DNA from: Eukaryota sp. TZLM1-RC
Taxonomy: Eukaryota; Protista; Metamonada: BaSk clade
Direction of reading: 5' to 3'
Assembly (NCBI GenBank): GCA_040285825.1
Contig: JAUPSS010000013.1
Span: 434,001-498,000, forward strand
DNA: 64,000 nt
Positions 20,480-33,365 of the stretch are shown in pieces. The position numbers and the translations under genes were made by a program. Position 1 is the first letter of the stretch. Each line of letters opens with the position of its first letter. The notes beneath the pieces were generated by a model. It was not told where the DNA came from and did no database searches. It was given only the letters and a program-made list of their open reading frames with translations.

Positions 20480-23106
20480 ATGCATTTTCTCCAGACCAAG
20501 GCACTTATTTGGAAAAACTTCCAAATCCAGAAACGCTCATGGGTGTCCCTTGGATTTCAAATCATTCTCTTGCCTTTTCTTCTAAGTCTTTTGATGCAAG
20601 TCATGGAATCATCATTTAATGAACAGATGGAATTTACTCGTTCCGTTCCCACTCGCCCAGATGAACCAATTATCGACAATATTCCCAAATGCCAGCCTCC
20701 CCGCGGAAGTGATTTCTGTATCTCCCTAGCTTATGCTCCTAAGTGTCCAGTGCTCGACGGTATAATGAACAAAATTCGCACAGACTCTGGTTTGGATGAA
20801 GATGATATCCGTGCTTTTGATGATCTTGAATCCATGGATACATACACCATTGAAAACCTCAATGTGACTCAAGTGGCCGTCAATTTCCCTGACCTTGACT
20901 CTACCTCAACTTCATTAGACCCACAAGCTGATATTGTGTATGATGTGATTCTCAACACCACGGCCTGGAATTGTCCAAATACTAACGAAATGGAAACAAC
21001 TGTGTGCACATTAGACCCAGTTAATGGTATGTGTTCTCTATGTTGAACTTATCACAGGAATCTATTTAATTGTAAAGAAACTAGTTGATCAAGAAATTAT
21101 GAAAGCATTTGTTGGCGAGTCTGTGACCCTAAAGACATCATGGAAACGTACAGTACATCCTCAATTGCTTCCTACTGATCTGTTTGTTTTTCCCTGCACC
21201 TAATTTCAGCTATGCCATGGCAGGCAGAATGATGACATTCTTCCTCTTCCTCATATACTCCCTCAACGTTCTCGCAACACTGGTTGGGGAGAAGGAAAAG
21301 GGTATAAAGATGTACCTACGTCTCTTCTCCATGACTGACTTTCCTTACTGGTTTAGTCACTTTATTGTCCCACTAGGATGTTTCCTCATCTTGACTCTCT
21401 GGTATTGGGCCATGGGCTACATGTTTGATCTCGCCATGTTTACTGAGACCAATCCGCTCCTTTTAATCATTGCATTCTTGATCATATCCTCCCAAGTAAT
21501 TGCTTTTGTCTTCCTCATTTCATGCTTCTTCAAATCCACGAGAGCTGGAGTCATTGCTGGTTTCGCTATCATCATGGTATATCTTTTCCCATTCACACTC
21601 ACCTCAGGTCTCTTACATGTTTGATGCCATCGCAGTTCACCTCTTCATTGAGGGTGTTGACCGCTGGATTCGTGTTCTTTTTACCTTTTACCCCACTGTC
21701 CCATGTGAGCTCGCTATGCTGATCATGGCCACAGTCGCCGCTGACACTTCCTCTCCCGGAATGTCATTTGGCGATCTTAATACCGTCTACCCCAACTCAA
21801 TGTACACATTAATGGACTCTTTCGTATTTATGATTCGTAATACCATCATTTGTATTACCCTAGCTTGGTACTTTGATAATATCCTCCCCTCTGGCTGTGG
21901 CCATCGCCGCCCTTGGTACTTCCCCTTCACTAAATCTTATTGGTATGGTACTGCTGCTGATGTTCCAGATGTCTCCACCGCCAAGCATCCAGTTGGTAAG
22001 ATTAAGCACGATGATATAGGTAAGGAAAGGGAATTGGTAATGTCCCTTGATCCTTCTTCTGTACCTATCATTATGAAACGCCTTCACAAAAAGTTTGGTA
22101 ATTTCACCGCTGTAGAAGATCTTTGCCTTAAAGTCGAAAACAACGAACTTCTTGCTCTGCTTGGACCCAATGGTATGGCTAATGCATTGTATTTTTGCTA
22201 ACTCTAGGTGCAGGTAAAACCACTGCCATCAAGTCTCTCATTTCTTGTGACGTTCCCACTGGAGGAGCATGTTATGTACTTGGACATCCTGTCGGAGGAA
22301 TCCCTTCACGTGATATGCTAAGAAAAATCGGATATTGTCCTCAGTTCGATGTCCTTTTTGATCAGCTCACATTCAAGGAACATCTCATTATCTATTCTCA
22401 CCTCAAAGGTTTAGATAAGAAGGCCTCCATTGCTGAAGCTGAACGTTTACTCAAGGACGTCCAGCTCACTGAAGCTTCTGATAAGCTTTCCTGTGAAGGC
22501 TCTGGTGGTATGCAAAGACGACTGGCAATTGCAATCTCACTGATCAACAACCCTCAAGTTCTCGTTCTTGATGAACCCACAACTGGTTTGGATGTCAGAG
22601 TTCGAGCTAATTTATGGGAAATTATTATGGAAATCCGCAAAGATCGCGCTGTCATCATCACCACTCATTCAATGGAAGAAGCTGAACAGCTCTCCACTAG
22701 AGTAGCCATTATGTGTCATTCACGACTCCACGCTTTAGGTACATCACTTCGCCTACGTAATGCATTTGGTTCAGGTTACAAAGTTCTCATTGAGATTAAT
22801 GACGATAGTGATGTTGATGCCATTCTTGGAGTTTTGAAGACTGATGAATTTCTATCTGCAGATATCGAAATTGTTGGCCACACTTCTACATTAATTACAC
22901 TCGACGTTCCTGTTAAATCTTCCCATATGATTAGTGATTTGTTGCGTGAATATGAAGACAAGCAAAATACTTTTGGTTTTGTTGATATTGGTGTCGATTT
23001 AACTACTTTAAAGGATGTTTTTATTGATTTAAGAGACAAATCAGATAAGGAATTTGTTGAAGAGTTTCCTGAATTGGCTGGAAAAGTAAATTCTCGTGAT
23101 GAGTAG
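20480..23106 (+). CDS. ABCA-family half transporter (4 introns)
   Basis: QTKALIWKN, spliced GPNGAGKTT, GYCPQFD, SGGMQRRL, LDEPTTG, TLKDVF. Introns at 21027-21057, 21182-21209, 21577-21607 and 22173-22207. Confidence 0.93.
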
Positions 23107-23619
23107 ATTATTTTTTTTAATTTTGTTTATAAATATTTTTTGCTATTTATCCTTTTTTAGGGAAAATTAATTAGTGTTTCAGTTATAATTTTTGATGTTT
23201 TGACCTTATTGATAACTTTTGTTTCCATTTAAAACAACAATTGGGTTCTAGTTCGGTGACAGCCAGCGTATTCAAAGGTTTATTACTGAATTGAAAAGTA
23301 CACTTATCGAATTTCTCACAAAACAAGCTTCTTATCAATTAAGTATTTGGACTTACCTTTCGTTGATGGTACACCACATGTGTAAAACAAATTCCACCTC
23401 AAAATATTCCAACAATTATACAGAGTTGGCTGAAAAGTGTTCAAACATTGTCAGAAGAGCTTGAACATTTGAACCTAGAAAAAGTGCTATAAGATTCTAC
23501 AGATTGGTAAGCAGAACAATTTCACATTACAAAATTGGTGCATTCACCAATTACACCTCATGTATGTTTCAAATTATCAGTTGTCTTTGTTATTCAAATT
23601 TTAAGTTTTCATACACATT

Positions 23620-23967
23620 GAATCAACCCTCAAGAATGCAGAAAGGAGCAAGCACTCGAAGTATAATGATTTACTTGTATGTTTGAACAAACAACGTGGC
23701 AGAAACATCGTTTTTGTTCCAATTGGAATTTCTATTTTTGGTACTTTAGGCAGGGAAGGTTTATCTTTCTTGAATGATTTAGGCAGTTTCTTAAAAGACT
23801 CAGGACGTTCTTTTGATCAACTTATTTGGAAGAACAGAATTGTTTTCTCACTCTTTAAGGCTCTACCACGTTATTTTAACTCAATACTTTCAAGTATTAC
23901 TGAGTTTCACAATGTACGTGCTCATCAACCCGTAAATAGTGAGAATCTACCTTCATGTTGTAAGTGA
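23620..23967 (+). mobile_element. 3' fragment of a CRE-like RLE retrotransposon (family D)
   Basis: FVPIGISIFGTLG...WKNRIVF C-terminal motif shared with the other families. Confidence 0.75.
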
Positions 23968-24566
23968 TCACTTATTTAGAATATTGCTTTGCTTTGTTGT
24001 TGTTTATAGTAATCTTGTTTGCATTCTTGGAATAAAGCCTAAATTTAGTTTTCATACACAGAAAATTTTTCTTCCTTACATTTGCAGTTGTTGCTCTTTT
24101 CTGCGCAGGTACCTTGAAGGTTTTTGAACCACTAACTGGCATTCGATATACTTATTCATCTATGTGAATTTGAAAGATTACTTATTTTTTCATATTTATC
24201 AATATTCTCACAATTAATGACATGATGGTTCAATACGGCAACCAAAAACGAATTTGAAAACAGATCATCATTATATACACACTCAATCTTGTCTAGCTAT
24301 GCGTCTGTTTCTGATATTCTGTAATTCAAAACTATATCTTTAGACATCAATATAGTATTCGCTTCAGTCGTTTCTGTCTGCTGCTTCAATCTGTATTATT
24401 CATATTATTAGCCTTTTTATTGACCTTTTTTACTGATTTACTTTCAATTTGGTTAAGGTTCTCTTCAATAACATCGACATAATGTGAGACATTAGTAACT
24501 TACATAATCGAATAATTTAGTCCAAAAATTGAATAAATACAATAATTACAACTAAATAGAATAAAA

Positions 24567-25319
24567 TTAATTACAAATAATATCGAAATAACTTTCAATT
24601 TCTTGGTCAGAATTCAAAACATCATAAAAGACAGATCTCAAACCATTAAAAATTCTACTCTTAGCCTCCAAAGTAGAATTGCCAACCTCTACCACAAAAT
24701 AGGCCAACTTTAACGCCTTGTGTTCAATAGAAAAAACATTACTGAAAGCTTCATAAAATTGAGCTCCTAAATCAAACCTATTGTTTGAACAATAAAAGAG
24801 TACAACTTTAGTCAACAAAAAGCAAAATTCATCCATTGTTAATCTGGTTTTGTAAACATGTAAACACTGTAAGAGTAGCTCTTGTAGTTGGGAAAATATC
24901 TCATTTCGTGCAGTGTGCAACATTCCATGGACTGAGTAGTACAGGCATCTGGGATAGTTTCCTTCGTTGTATTGGCATTGGGAGATTTGATATGATACTT
25001 TAGCTTTCTGTACATCATGTGCTTCATCAAAAAGGGAGCACAGACATGGTAAAATGTACCTGCATCCTTCAGAGTGTCTGGAACTTGTAATCTTTTCAAT
25101 GATAGGTAACATGTTCTCAATCTCCATAGATCGGCTTTTGCATACATGTTCAACCAGCTTGCTGGCTGTTAAGTGATGATCTGAGTCAAGGAATAGTTGG
25201 ATTATGTTGATCACTGTCTGTGAATCGTTAGCTTTCAACTTTCTTGTAATAATGGACTGAGCAGAAAGAAAAGCGTCATACTCGTGGCCAGAAGTGAGCC
25301 GGTCTTTGATACTTTCCAT
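24567..25319 (-). CDS. Helical-repeat protein, Get4/TRC35-like
   Basis: N-terminus SGHEYDAFLSAQSIITRK resembles Get4 G.YYEA.Q...R. About 250 aa and helical. Recognition by eye only. Confidence 0.5.
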   Translation of the reverse strand: MESIKDRLTSGHEYDAFLSAQSIITRKLKANDSQTVINIIQLFLDSDHHLTASKLVEHVCKSRSMEIENMLPIIEKITSSRHSEGCRYILPCLCSLFDEAHDVQKAKVSYQISQCQYNEGNYPRCLYYSVHGMLHTARNEIFSQLQELLLQCLHVYKTRLTMDEFCFLLTKVVLFYCSNNRFDLGAQFYEAFSNVFSIEHKALKLAYFVVEVGNSTLEAKSRIFNGLRSVFYDVLNSDQEIESYFDIICN

Positions 25320-26568
25320 TATGAATAATGGGCAAGAATATGCTTTTTTTAATTTATCAAACATCTTGAGAAATGCAGTCGTAAATTGCATTTTGTGCTA
25401 TAGAAGGAAAGAACTGCACGTTCGTTCTTGTAAACATATCCTCATCATATTAACTCCAAACTTATTATATATTTTCATAATAAGTTATGAAAGTGATATA
25501 TTATTACCAAAAAAATCAATTAATTTAACACAAAGTATGGTAAGTAGAATTAATGAAATCAATTTCGTTGCATTGAAGCGGTTATTATTGGTTTAATGGA
25601 TATATAAACCTTATCAATCAGTATGGGTACGCATTTGAATTTAATTAGGTGAACCTACTTGAAATTGACAATATTCATTATTTTTATTATTAATTAATTT
25701 TTTTATTAATTATTTAATCAATTGTTCATAACTCAGAATTTTATTCAAGTGCTGAGTAAATGCTTTACACTTCCAAACCCACTAATAGCACTTCCTCATT
25801 AATAGCTAAAATGGCTTCAGATATCATCGTTATAAAAAGTTTAATGATACAAAAAACGCAATTCTATTTGGCAACAAAGAATAAGTCAAATACAAAATAA
25901 TATGAACAACATTTAGATTAACTACACAATAAAGAGTCCGAGTGTCAAAATTTTGTATGCTTCACCTATGTACGTGCCTCACAATGTAACTAATGAATTA
26001 ATTGAACTGTTTTGAGAGAACAATTTTCAATATCTCAAAAAGCAATTGGTCTCTATACAAGTCACTGCTTGGGAAGCAAACCATGCACTGGGCTGTAACT
26101 GTTTTATTCACTTTTAACAGATGAATAATTTAATCCGGGAAAAATCATTAATAATTACGAGATCTTTAGTTTAGTCAAACAACAACTGTTGAAGCAGGGG
26201 AGGCAGATTTTGAGAATGGTATTGAGAATGTGGGGTATTGGTTGTGTACTTTATGTTTTCACATTCCTTACTGTTGAAAAATATTCGCTTAAACTTTCTC
26301 ACATTCCGCTCAAATTAATCCTTTATTACGTGACCACATTAACACTAATTATACAACTTATTATGAATCAACTGAAAGTAAAGAAGAATGATGAGAGCAA
26401 CGGAAAAAATGATAAAAAAATTGTTAATAAATTATTTACAAAAAATTAAAAAACAGGTTAAATAGAAATCATAATAATCCAAATAAAACTAATGAAGTTT
26501 TGAATTTAATTCTTTTTGAATTTTGTTTGAATTTAATAAATTGACAAAAAAGCCATTTACAAACCATC

Positions 26569-27114
26569 TCAACTTATGTTACAAAGTCTCTCCGCTCTTT
26601 CCCATAACAGTTTCCGATAACGTTCAACATCTTCTCTGAACAATTCAAATGCCTTGAACCGTTGTTGCTCCACTAGAAACTCCTTGTTCTTTAAACAGTA
26701 CCAGTTAGGTCTTGGTTCATCCACTGTAGCTGCTTCCTTGGTAAGAATGCCAAGCAGGAGATCGGTTTCCCGATGACGTAACAACGAGAGTGCCTGCTCA
26801 CACGTTTCCAACGACACGTCATCAGTGCTGAACTGCATCCCTGACCCAGGATCAGAATGGTAGTCACGGAGGAAAAAGAGTTGTTCATCTGTGAGAGTGG
26901 TTGGAAAGGAGTCATCGGTCATCGTTGGCGATGTTTGTGTGGTAAAAGTTTGATGAGATGAGGTGGGAGAGGTATCCTGAGATGATGGAGGTTCAGGATA
27001 ATTGAAGCGTGGAGCTTTCGGTATGGTTCTGCCTTTAATGTAGAGACGTTCATTGCGCTTCTGTGATATTGCAAAGCCTGATGGAAAGACATTAAACCTA
27101 GCAGTTGAAGCCAT
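26569..27114 (-). CDS. Hypothetical protein, 181 aa
   Basis: Clean ORF with host-like codon usage; C-terminal PNWYCLKNKEF segment. Confidence 0.7.
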   Translation of the reverse strand: MASTARFNVFPSGFAISQKRNERLYIKGRTIPKAPRFNYPEPPSSQDTSPTSSHQTFTTQTSPTMTDDSFPTTLTDEQLFFLRDYHSDPGSGMQFSTDDVSLETCEQALSLLRHRETDLLLGILTKEAATVDEPRPNWYCLKNKEFLVEQQRFKAFELFREDVERYRKLLWERAERLCNIS

Positions 27115-27260
27115 TGTTACAGATGATGGCTATAACAATGAAATAAGTGTTCTTTTTACAGCAATGTAGAGGGACTCAGTTTTTGTTTTGTTTTGGACTC
27201 AGATTTTCTCCTTAATAACAGCAGTACCACTATCTTTGAACCTTTGTCAACCTTGACTCT

Positions 27261-27800
27261 CTACAGGTATCCTGGTCTATCTCCATCATTTACATGTGGT
27301 TTCATCACCGCCAATAAATATAGCGAAGCATTTCGATTTCTATTCCACAAGCTTTCGAATGCTTTACACATGGTTAGCCTCTGACAAATAGCCCTTTCCA
27401 TGGCCCATGATTTTTGCACCATCGTATTGTTTCAACTGTTTTCTCCGCTTTCTTGCAATTGAAACAATAGCAACTTGTTCGAAGCTTTTTAATGAACAAG
27501 TCCATATAACCCAAAATGTTTTTCCGCTAGAATTCTCACACCTTTTCGTTTGGTAGGTTTTTTGAATTTCATGTGTTTTCGTTGTTCCCAGTCTCCAACT
27601 CCGATAACTACTTGGCCGGGATCACCATTTACTGATTTGAATCCCTGGAACATCTTTGCCTCAGATCTTGTTAATCTTAATTAATCTCAGCCCACCATTG
27701 TCTTTTGATATTTGATGGTTCCACATAGGGGTATTTTTATCGAGTCAGTGGATTCTCATAGAAAAGTGTTTTTAACGGTTCAAAGAACTCCGCAATACAT
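27261..27800 (-). pseudogene. Decayed Fanzor1 (TnpB-derived RNA-guided nuclease), C-terminal half
   Basis: Manual translation across frameshifts: LFYENPL..., RSEAKM...VVIGVGDWEQRKHMKFKKPTKRKG, GY..FIKKLRTSCYCFNC, WCKNHGPW, C...LWNRNRNAS, RPGYL. This matches Fanzor1 motif order; the RuvC acidic residues are mutated. Confidence 0.82.
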
Positions 27801-28827
27801 CGGCTCGTCTTTTTTTGACGGTTTTATGTACAGAGGAGCTTTTTAAAGAATCATACACATCTGGACATTACATCGATATTCTGTGACCCAATCTCAAGCC
27901 ATTGGGTCTATCATTTTGTAGGAACCCTTTTATTATTTCATTGATAAATATTGAATAATTCCTAAAATAAATAAACAAGCGAAGTATAAAGTAATAAATC
28001 CACAACTTCCTAATTTCACAATTTGTCTTTGTGACGGCTCGTCCATTTTTGTTTCTCTACACTTGTTGCTGATGTAATAATAATAATGTAATGATAATAA
28101 TTGCTCTTCTTTAGTTCAATGATTTCATCAATAATTTGTTTCTCTTCAAATTCAAAAAAATCCTTCGATATTTAGAAGTATCAAAATGAATAATAATCAA
28201 GGGATAATAAAAAAACAAATTATATTTTCAATCTAACATGTTTTCTTCCGTCAATTCATGCAACGATTTGAGACTTCCATCAGTACAGTGTAGACAAAAT
28301 CAATTGTTTATGGATAAATCACCTAGGTTTTGTGATATCTTCAGTGATTCAATCTCTGCAAAACTGAATATCCTACTGTAATGGAATGAACAGTCTTGAA
28401 AAAGTTGACAAATTTTGTGGTGGATGAGAACATTGTCAACAAAACCAATAAACTCTTTCGAAACCATTAGAGAAACATTGAAAGGTGACAGTATAAATAT
28501 CTTTTGAACTGGCTCACTTAACATTTCAGCTGGAAGTGATGGTCAAAGATATTGTATTAATGCAATTACTTGTTTGTAGAAACTTTAGAAAAGTTGGCCT
28601 TTTGCCCCAAAATGTTCAATTCCTAAAGTTTTAACAAACACAATATTGAGTAAAACTGAAACAAAAAAAGTGATAGAGGCCAAATATCCAAATTAAACAA
28701 AAACAATTCATCACTCTGATACTTCCTACTTTTAATGCATGTATTTGACAATGATTAGTAAACCTCATAAAACACATATAAATAAAACTTCAAAATAAAA
28801 GCCACAGATATTTATTATAAGGGAAAG

Positions 28828-29385
28828 CTAAATTGGATTATAGAGTCTACTATGAACTGTTTCAGATCGTACTACAGACTCCAACTCTATTCCACAACTA
28901 GCAGGCTCTGTACGACAAAAGAACCTTGTGAATCTTGTACACAAGTATCTACTCCATACCAAACATTTGGATTTAAAGTTTGGCTTTGGGAGTGCGCAGA
29001 GCAATATGCGGTCGGCCAACAACTTGACGTCAACGTTTGGATCAGAAATAGACTGGGAAGATGTCAGAATACAGTGAAATAAGTTGACCATCCACGTTGG
29101 AATTCCATTTGAATCAACTAAATAACTATCATAAATTGGAATTCCAAATGCCTTTACCCTGTCTGTCCGCAATGTCACTATGCTTCCTACCTTGGCCGTA
29201 ACTGAGACAAGTGGTGTACTGGAACCAGTTGGAATAAGGAATGCTTCCCAACCTTCAATGCATTGAAACAGATCAGCACCAATGGGCCGGAAGTGACCCT
29301 TAAATGGCGTATTGTAGTGCATTTCTAGGGAGAAGGAACCCCATCTGAAGCGATGTACATCAAAGCTAAGTAAGTCGTTCACCAT
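28828..29385 (-). CDS. Hypothetical protein (start uncertain)
   Basis: 185-aa ORF at host-gene GC content; no recognised domain. Confidence 0.55.
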   Translation of the reverse strand: MVNDLLSFDVHRFRWGSFSLEMHYNTPFKGHFRPIGADLFQCIEGWEAFLIPTGSSTPLVSVTAKVGSIVTLRTDRVKAFGIPIYDSYLVDSNGIPTWMVNLFHCILTSSQSISDPNVDVKLLADRILLCALPKPNFKSKCLVWSRYLCTRFTRFFCRTEPASCGIELESVVRSETVHSRLYNPI

Positions 29386-30064
29386 GATGAAAGAGAAAAA
29401 ACGAGCTGCGAGTACATCATAAGGATTGCTGGGAAGATAGCTATCAAGTAGGAGATAGAAACCCTTTAGTAAAAATTACATGTCTGAAATTGAGATGTTG
29501 GGAGAAAACAGTGATTAAATCTCCTGATGTGATGTTCAATTTCGTTGCTGAAGAACCATGTGTTTTTCACCGAGTTCTCAATTGTTCTTGTAAGCGGCTA
29601 TTTGGTGTTGACGAACATTAGTATATAATTCATAACAGAATAATTGCTTTAATAATGAGTGATGAAAAGTATTTGTTACACAAAGAGACTATAGTTGTGT
29701 GTCAAAAGATCAACAACTTGGAGTCACCTGAGCGATTGAAATTTCATACTCTGGCAGAAGGAGTTGCAATGGGTTGAGTCCTTCTGTTATTTGGTCTAGT
29801 TCAGTTTTCAGTTCATTGTTTAAGTCGTCTAGTTTTACAACAAAACCTGATATTTCATCCAATCTCCAAAAAAACCTTAAATGTTCGGCTCCACTGCAGT
29901 GACATCCACACACGTCATTGCCACATCATCACACGTGGTTTGATGCTATTCAACATCAAACATTATTACTCATTGGTGAGGACGACAGCGTTCAACGTGT
30001 TATCATTGTCTACAATATTTTTAATAATAAATAATAATAATAAATAACTAAATAATAAATAATA

Positions 30065-30345
30065 AAGTAGTTTTCGTTTGTTCCTTTTGCCTTTTCGATT
30101 TTTGGCAACATTGGACAGTCCGCCTTGAATTTTATCAATGAATTTGGTAATTTATGCCGTTCAAGTGGTAAGAATTTTGCAGGGAATTTATGGAAGAATC
30201 GTATCATTTTCGCCTTGTACAGAAGTGTTCCCAAGTACTTGAGTTTAATGATGTCGAAGCTGTGTTAGAATTCATCAAGAGTTGGCGTGGAGAATTTTGT
30301 TTCTTATGTGTTTTTGTTTGTTTTGTTATGTTTTGTTACTTTTTT
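30065..30345 (+). mobile_element. 3' fragment of CRE-like family C
   Basis: Near-identical to 47060-47325. Confidence 0.88.
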
Positions 30346-30371
30346 TATATATTAACTAAATAATAAATAAA

Positions 30372-31331
30372 GAGACTGACTAAATCCAAAACTAGTTACA
30401 AAATTGACTAGATACAAAATCAATCTCGCTGCACTGTTTCCACTTCTGTTTACCAACACATGACGTCACATCCCTCACTGTTAGAAACAACTCCTGCACC
30501 CCTACTCTCCTCCACCTGTCGAGTTCTAGTACCTGTCTGTATCTAAAAGCAAGCTCAGTAGAGCTTTGGTGACTTATGAATAAATTTCTTATGCTACCAT
30601 TGCCATCGTATGCAATGTTGTAAAGCCATTCATGTTGATCCTGTAATTGTGATATTAACCAACTAAGACTACTAAGTCCTTCATTACGTTTTCTCTTCCA
30701 TTCAGTTTTCCTATTGCCAATATCTTTTTTGGTGAGTGGACAATGAGACAATGTATCTTCTTCAATTTTTGGATACTTTGCACTTAAAAGATTAAGAATC
30801 TTCTTTGGTGTCATTTCAGCAACAAAATATGAGTGTAATTCCTCCATATGTTGCTGGGCCCACCAGAGCCGATATCCACAATATCCTGATAGGTTAGGGA
30901 GTTTCGGATGGTTATGTGTTCCGTCACTACTTTTGACCTTCCAAATGCTGTTTTCCATTGATAAATAAACTCTGAACGTACAATCTTGCTTTATTGACCT
31001 AGAATAGTCTACAACATCATGAGTTTCTGTTGAGATTTCATCAAGGACCGAATCAACTTCACTAGAAAACTGACCTTGGGTACAATGGAGGTAAGTGAAG
31101 ATATCACTAGTAGAGGCAGAGATGTAGAGGACGAAGCCTTCTCGGAAACCCCACACTTTAATAGCATTGATAAGGGAATCACGACAGGTGGAGGAGAGTA
31201 GGGGTGCAGGAGTTGTTTCTAACAGTGAGGGATGGGACGTCATGTGTTGGTAAACAGAAGTGGAAACAGTGCAGCGAGATTGATTTTGTATCTAGTCAAT
31301 TTTGTAACTAGTTTTGGATTTAGTCAGTCTC
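30372..31331 (-). mobile_element. Non-autonomous Mutator/FAR1-type element with 150-bp TIRs
   Basis: TIRs at 30372-30521 and 31182-31331 (1 mismatch, starting GAGAC); 8-bp TSD TAAATAAA; internal ORF with a FAR1-like C...C..HNH domain truncated at QVLELD. Confidence 0.9.
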
Positions 31332-31384
31332 TAAATAAAATAAATAATAATAACTAGTACCTATATTAATTCCATTGTTTTTTT

Positions 31385-31725
31385 AGCTTTCCATATTTAT
31401 TGAATTTGCACACTTAATTAAATTAACTCATAACTAATGGGACGACTATCATTGAACCAAGATTTCCTCTACAAAATTTTGATCTGCTTGCTGTCTAGCT
31501 AAAGCTTCTCTAATTCGATTGGAAAACCGAGGTAATCTATTAATAATGGCAAATTGAATCCGTGAACGCCATAAAAAAATATCAAATCTTTTCATTTTTT
31601 TTCTTGCACCATTTTTTTGAAGTCATCCAAAAAAGTTTCTGCTTCAACTGATAATCTTCCACTTATCGAAAATAGAAAAGCAATAAAAACTAGTGGTGTA
31701 TTTCTATCAGCATTAGTTTCTTCAA
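31385..31725 (-). mobile_element. 3' fragment of CRE-like family B
   Basis: Reverse complement of 39360-39690. Confidence 0.88.
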
Positions 31726-31805
31726 TAGTATCAGACAAATCATTATGTAAATTTCTGTTGTCAATTTTCCACCAACTAAAACAAAAAACTATTTAATTTA
31801 TTTAC

Positions 31806-33270
31806 CTAATGAACATTGAAACAGCCACCACCAATAAACTCTCTAATCAGACTATTTGAAGGAACATCATCATTCACAATAGCATCAAAATGAGACAAAA
31901 AGTCCAACAATCTACGAGCTTCTGAGTAATAAATACTAGAAGGCTTAATCTGCTGCAAAAGAGGAACCTCCAATACTTTTAAAACAGAAATTTCATAATC
32001 CAAAGCTGAATTGAACACAGCATCAGCATCCCCTTGATATCTATAAATATAAAGGTCTTCTCCTCTTCGAACTCTCGGAAACATTTCAAAGGTTTCTTCA
32101 GTGGAATAACCCCTGAATTGCTTATCTCTTACCATTCTTCTGATTAACCTATTATCAGAAGTGGAAATCCTGTTGTGATCATCAATATTCAATTGAGTTA
32201 ATGGAGAAATAAATATTTTAAACTTGGCATCATCAGGAACTTTTTCAGTTAATCTTGGATTTAAACCATGAATACCCTCAATAATCAACACCCCTTTTTC
32301 TGGTAATGTTAATAAACCGCCCTCTTCTCTGATACCAGTTTTGAAATTGAACTTTGGTAATCTAATGGTTTTTCCATTGAATAATTCAACTAAATCATTA
32401 TTCAAAAGCTTCAAATCCAAAGCATCTACTACTTCGAAATCCCAGTTACCATCCTCATCCAAAGGAGTATCAACTCTATTTACATAATAATCATCTAAGG
32501 AAATAGAAATGGGCTTCCATCCCCTTGCTCGTAAAGCTATTGAAAGTTTCCGACAAAAGGTGGTTTTTCCTGAAGAAGAAGGGCCACAAATACAAACTAT
32601 TTTGCAACTAGAAGGAACTTTATCAGCAATTGCGGCAGTTTTTCCATCGTGAAGAGCTTCTGAAACCATAATAAAGTCTTTAATAATACCCTTAAATATT
32701 AAATGATTTAAATCACCAACACAATTCACGTCAAGACAAGCTCCCCATTGGTTGTGTTCCTTATAAACTTTATAAAGAACGGGATTGTCAACAAAGGGAG
32801 GAAGAGAAGAAGGATCCTTGCTGTCGGGATACCTAATCAACAATCCTTCCTGGTACTTTTCAATGGAAAAAACACTCAATGCCGAGGTGTTCTGTACTAG
32901 AGGGGCGTACCATAGATCAAAGTAGTTACCGCAAGTTGATACGTAAACTCGAGTTCGTTCTTATGTTCCAGTAATAGAACAGTTTGGGAAAGACCAGCTT
33001 GCTTGAAATGTTCAACTGCTTCTTCATAGGCAAGAGTCTTGCGGTAAATGGGAAGAGCATCCTTGGAGAGCTTTTGCAGTCTAGTGTTGAGTGCAACAAT
33101 GTCATTATTGGTGGTTTCAACTCCATCGAAATAGTAGTAGAGACCTATAGTGAGATATAAAAGGAAATGATAAACCATGGCCAATAGAGTGGGAGATGAT
33201 CAACCTTCTTGTAGTCCACAGTTCAGAAGCAACCATAGCAACTGCATAGCAAAAACGGCGGTAGACATCA
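31806..33270 (-). CDS. Bacterial-type uridine/nucleoside kinase with ThrRS-like N-terminal region; 5'-truncated, one frameshift (possible pseudogene)
   Basis: GPSSSGKTT, SLDDYY, IEGIHGLNP, DNRLIRRMVRD..FRG, FNSALDYE, REFIGG. Upstream YRR..C and SHSIGHGLYY. 31-nt intron at 33145-33175; 1-nt deletion near 32950. Confidence 0.85.
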
Positions 33271-33365
33271 TTCTTTGCTCTTTCTTCTCTTCTTTCCTGC
33301 CTGAGGATTGATAACACATTCAACTACATCAAACAACTGAGATTCAATGAATTCGTCCATCGGAT

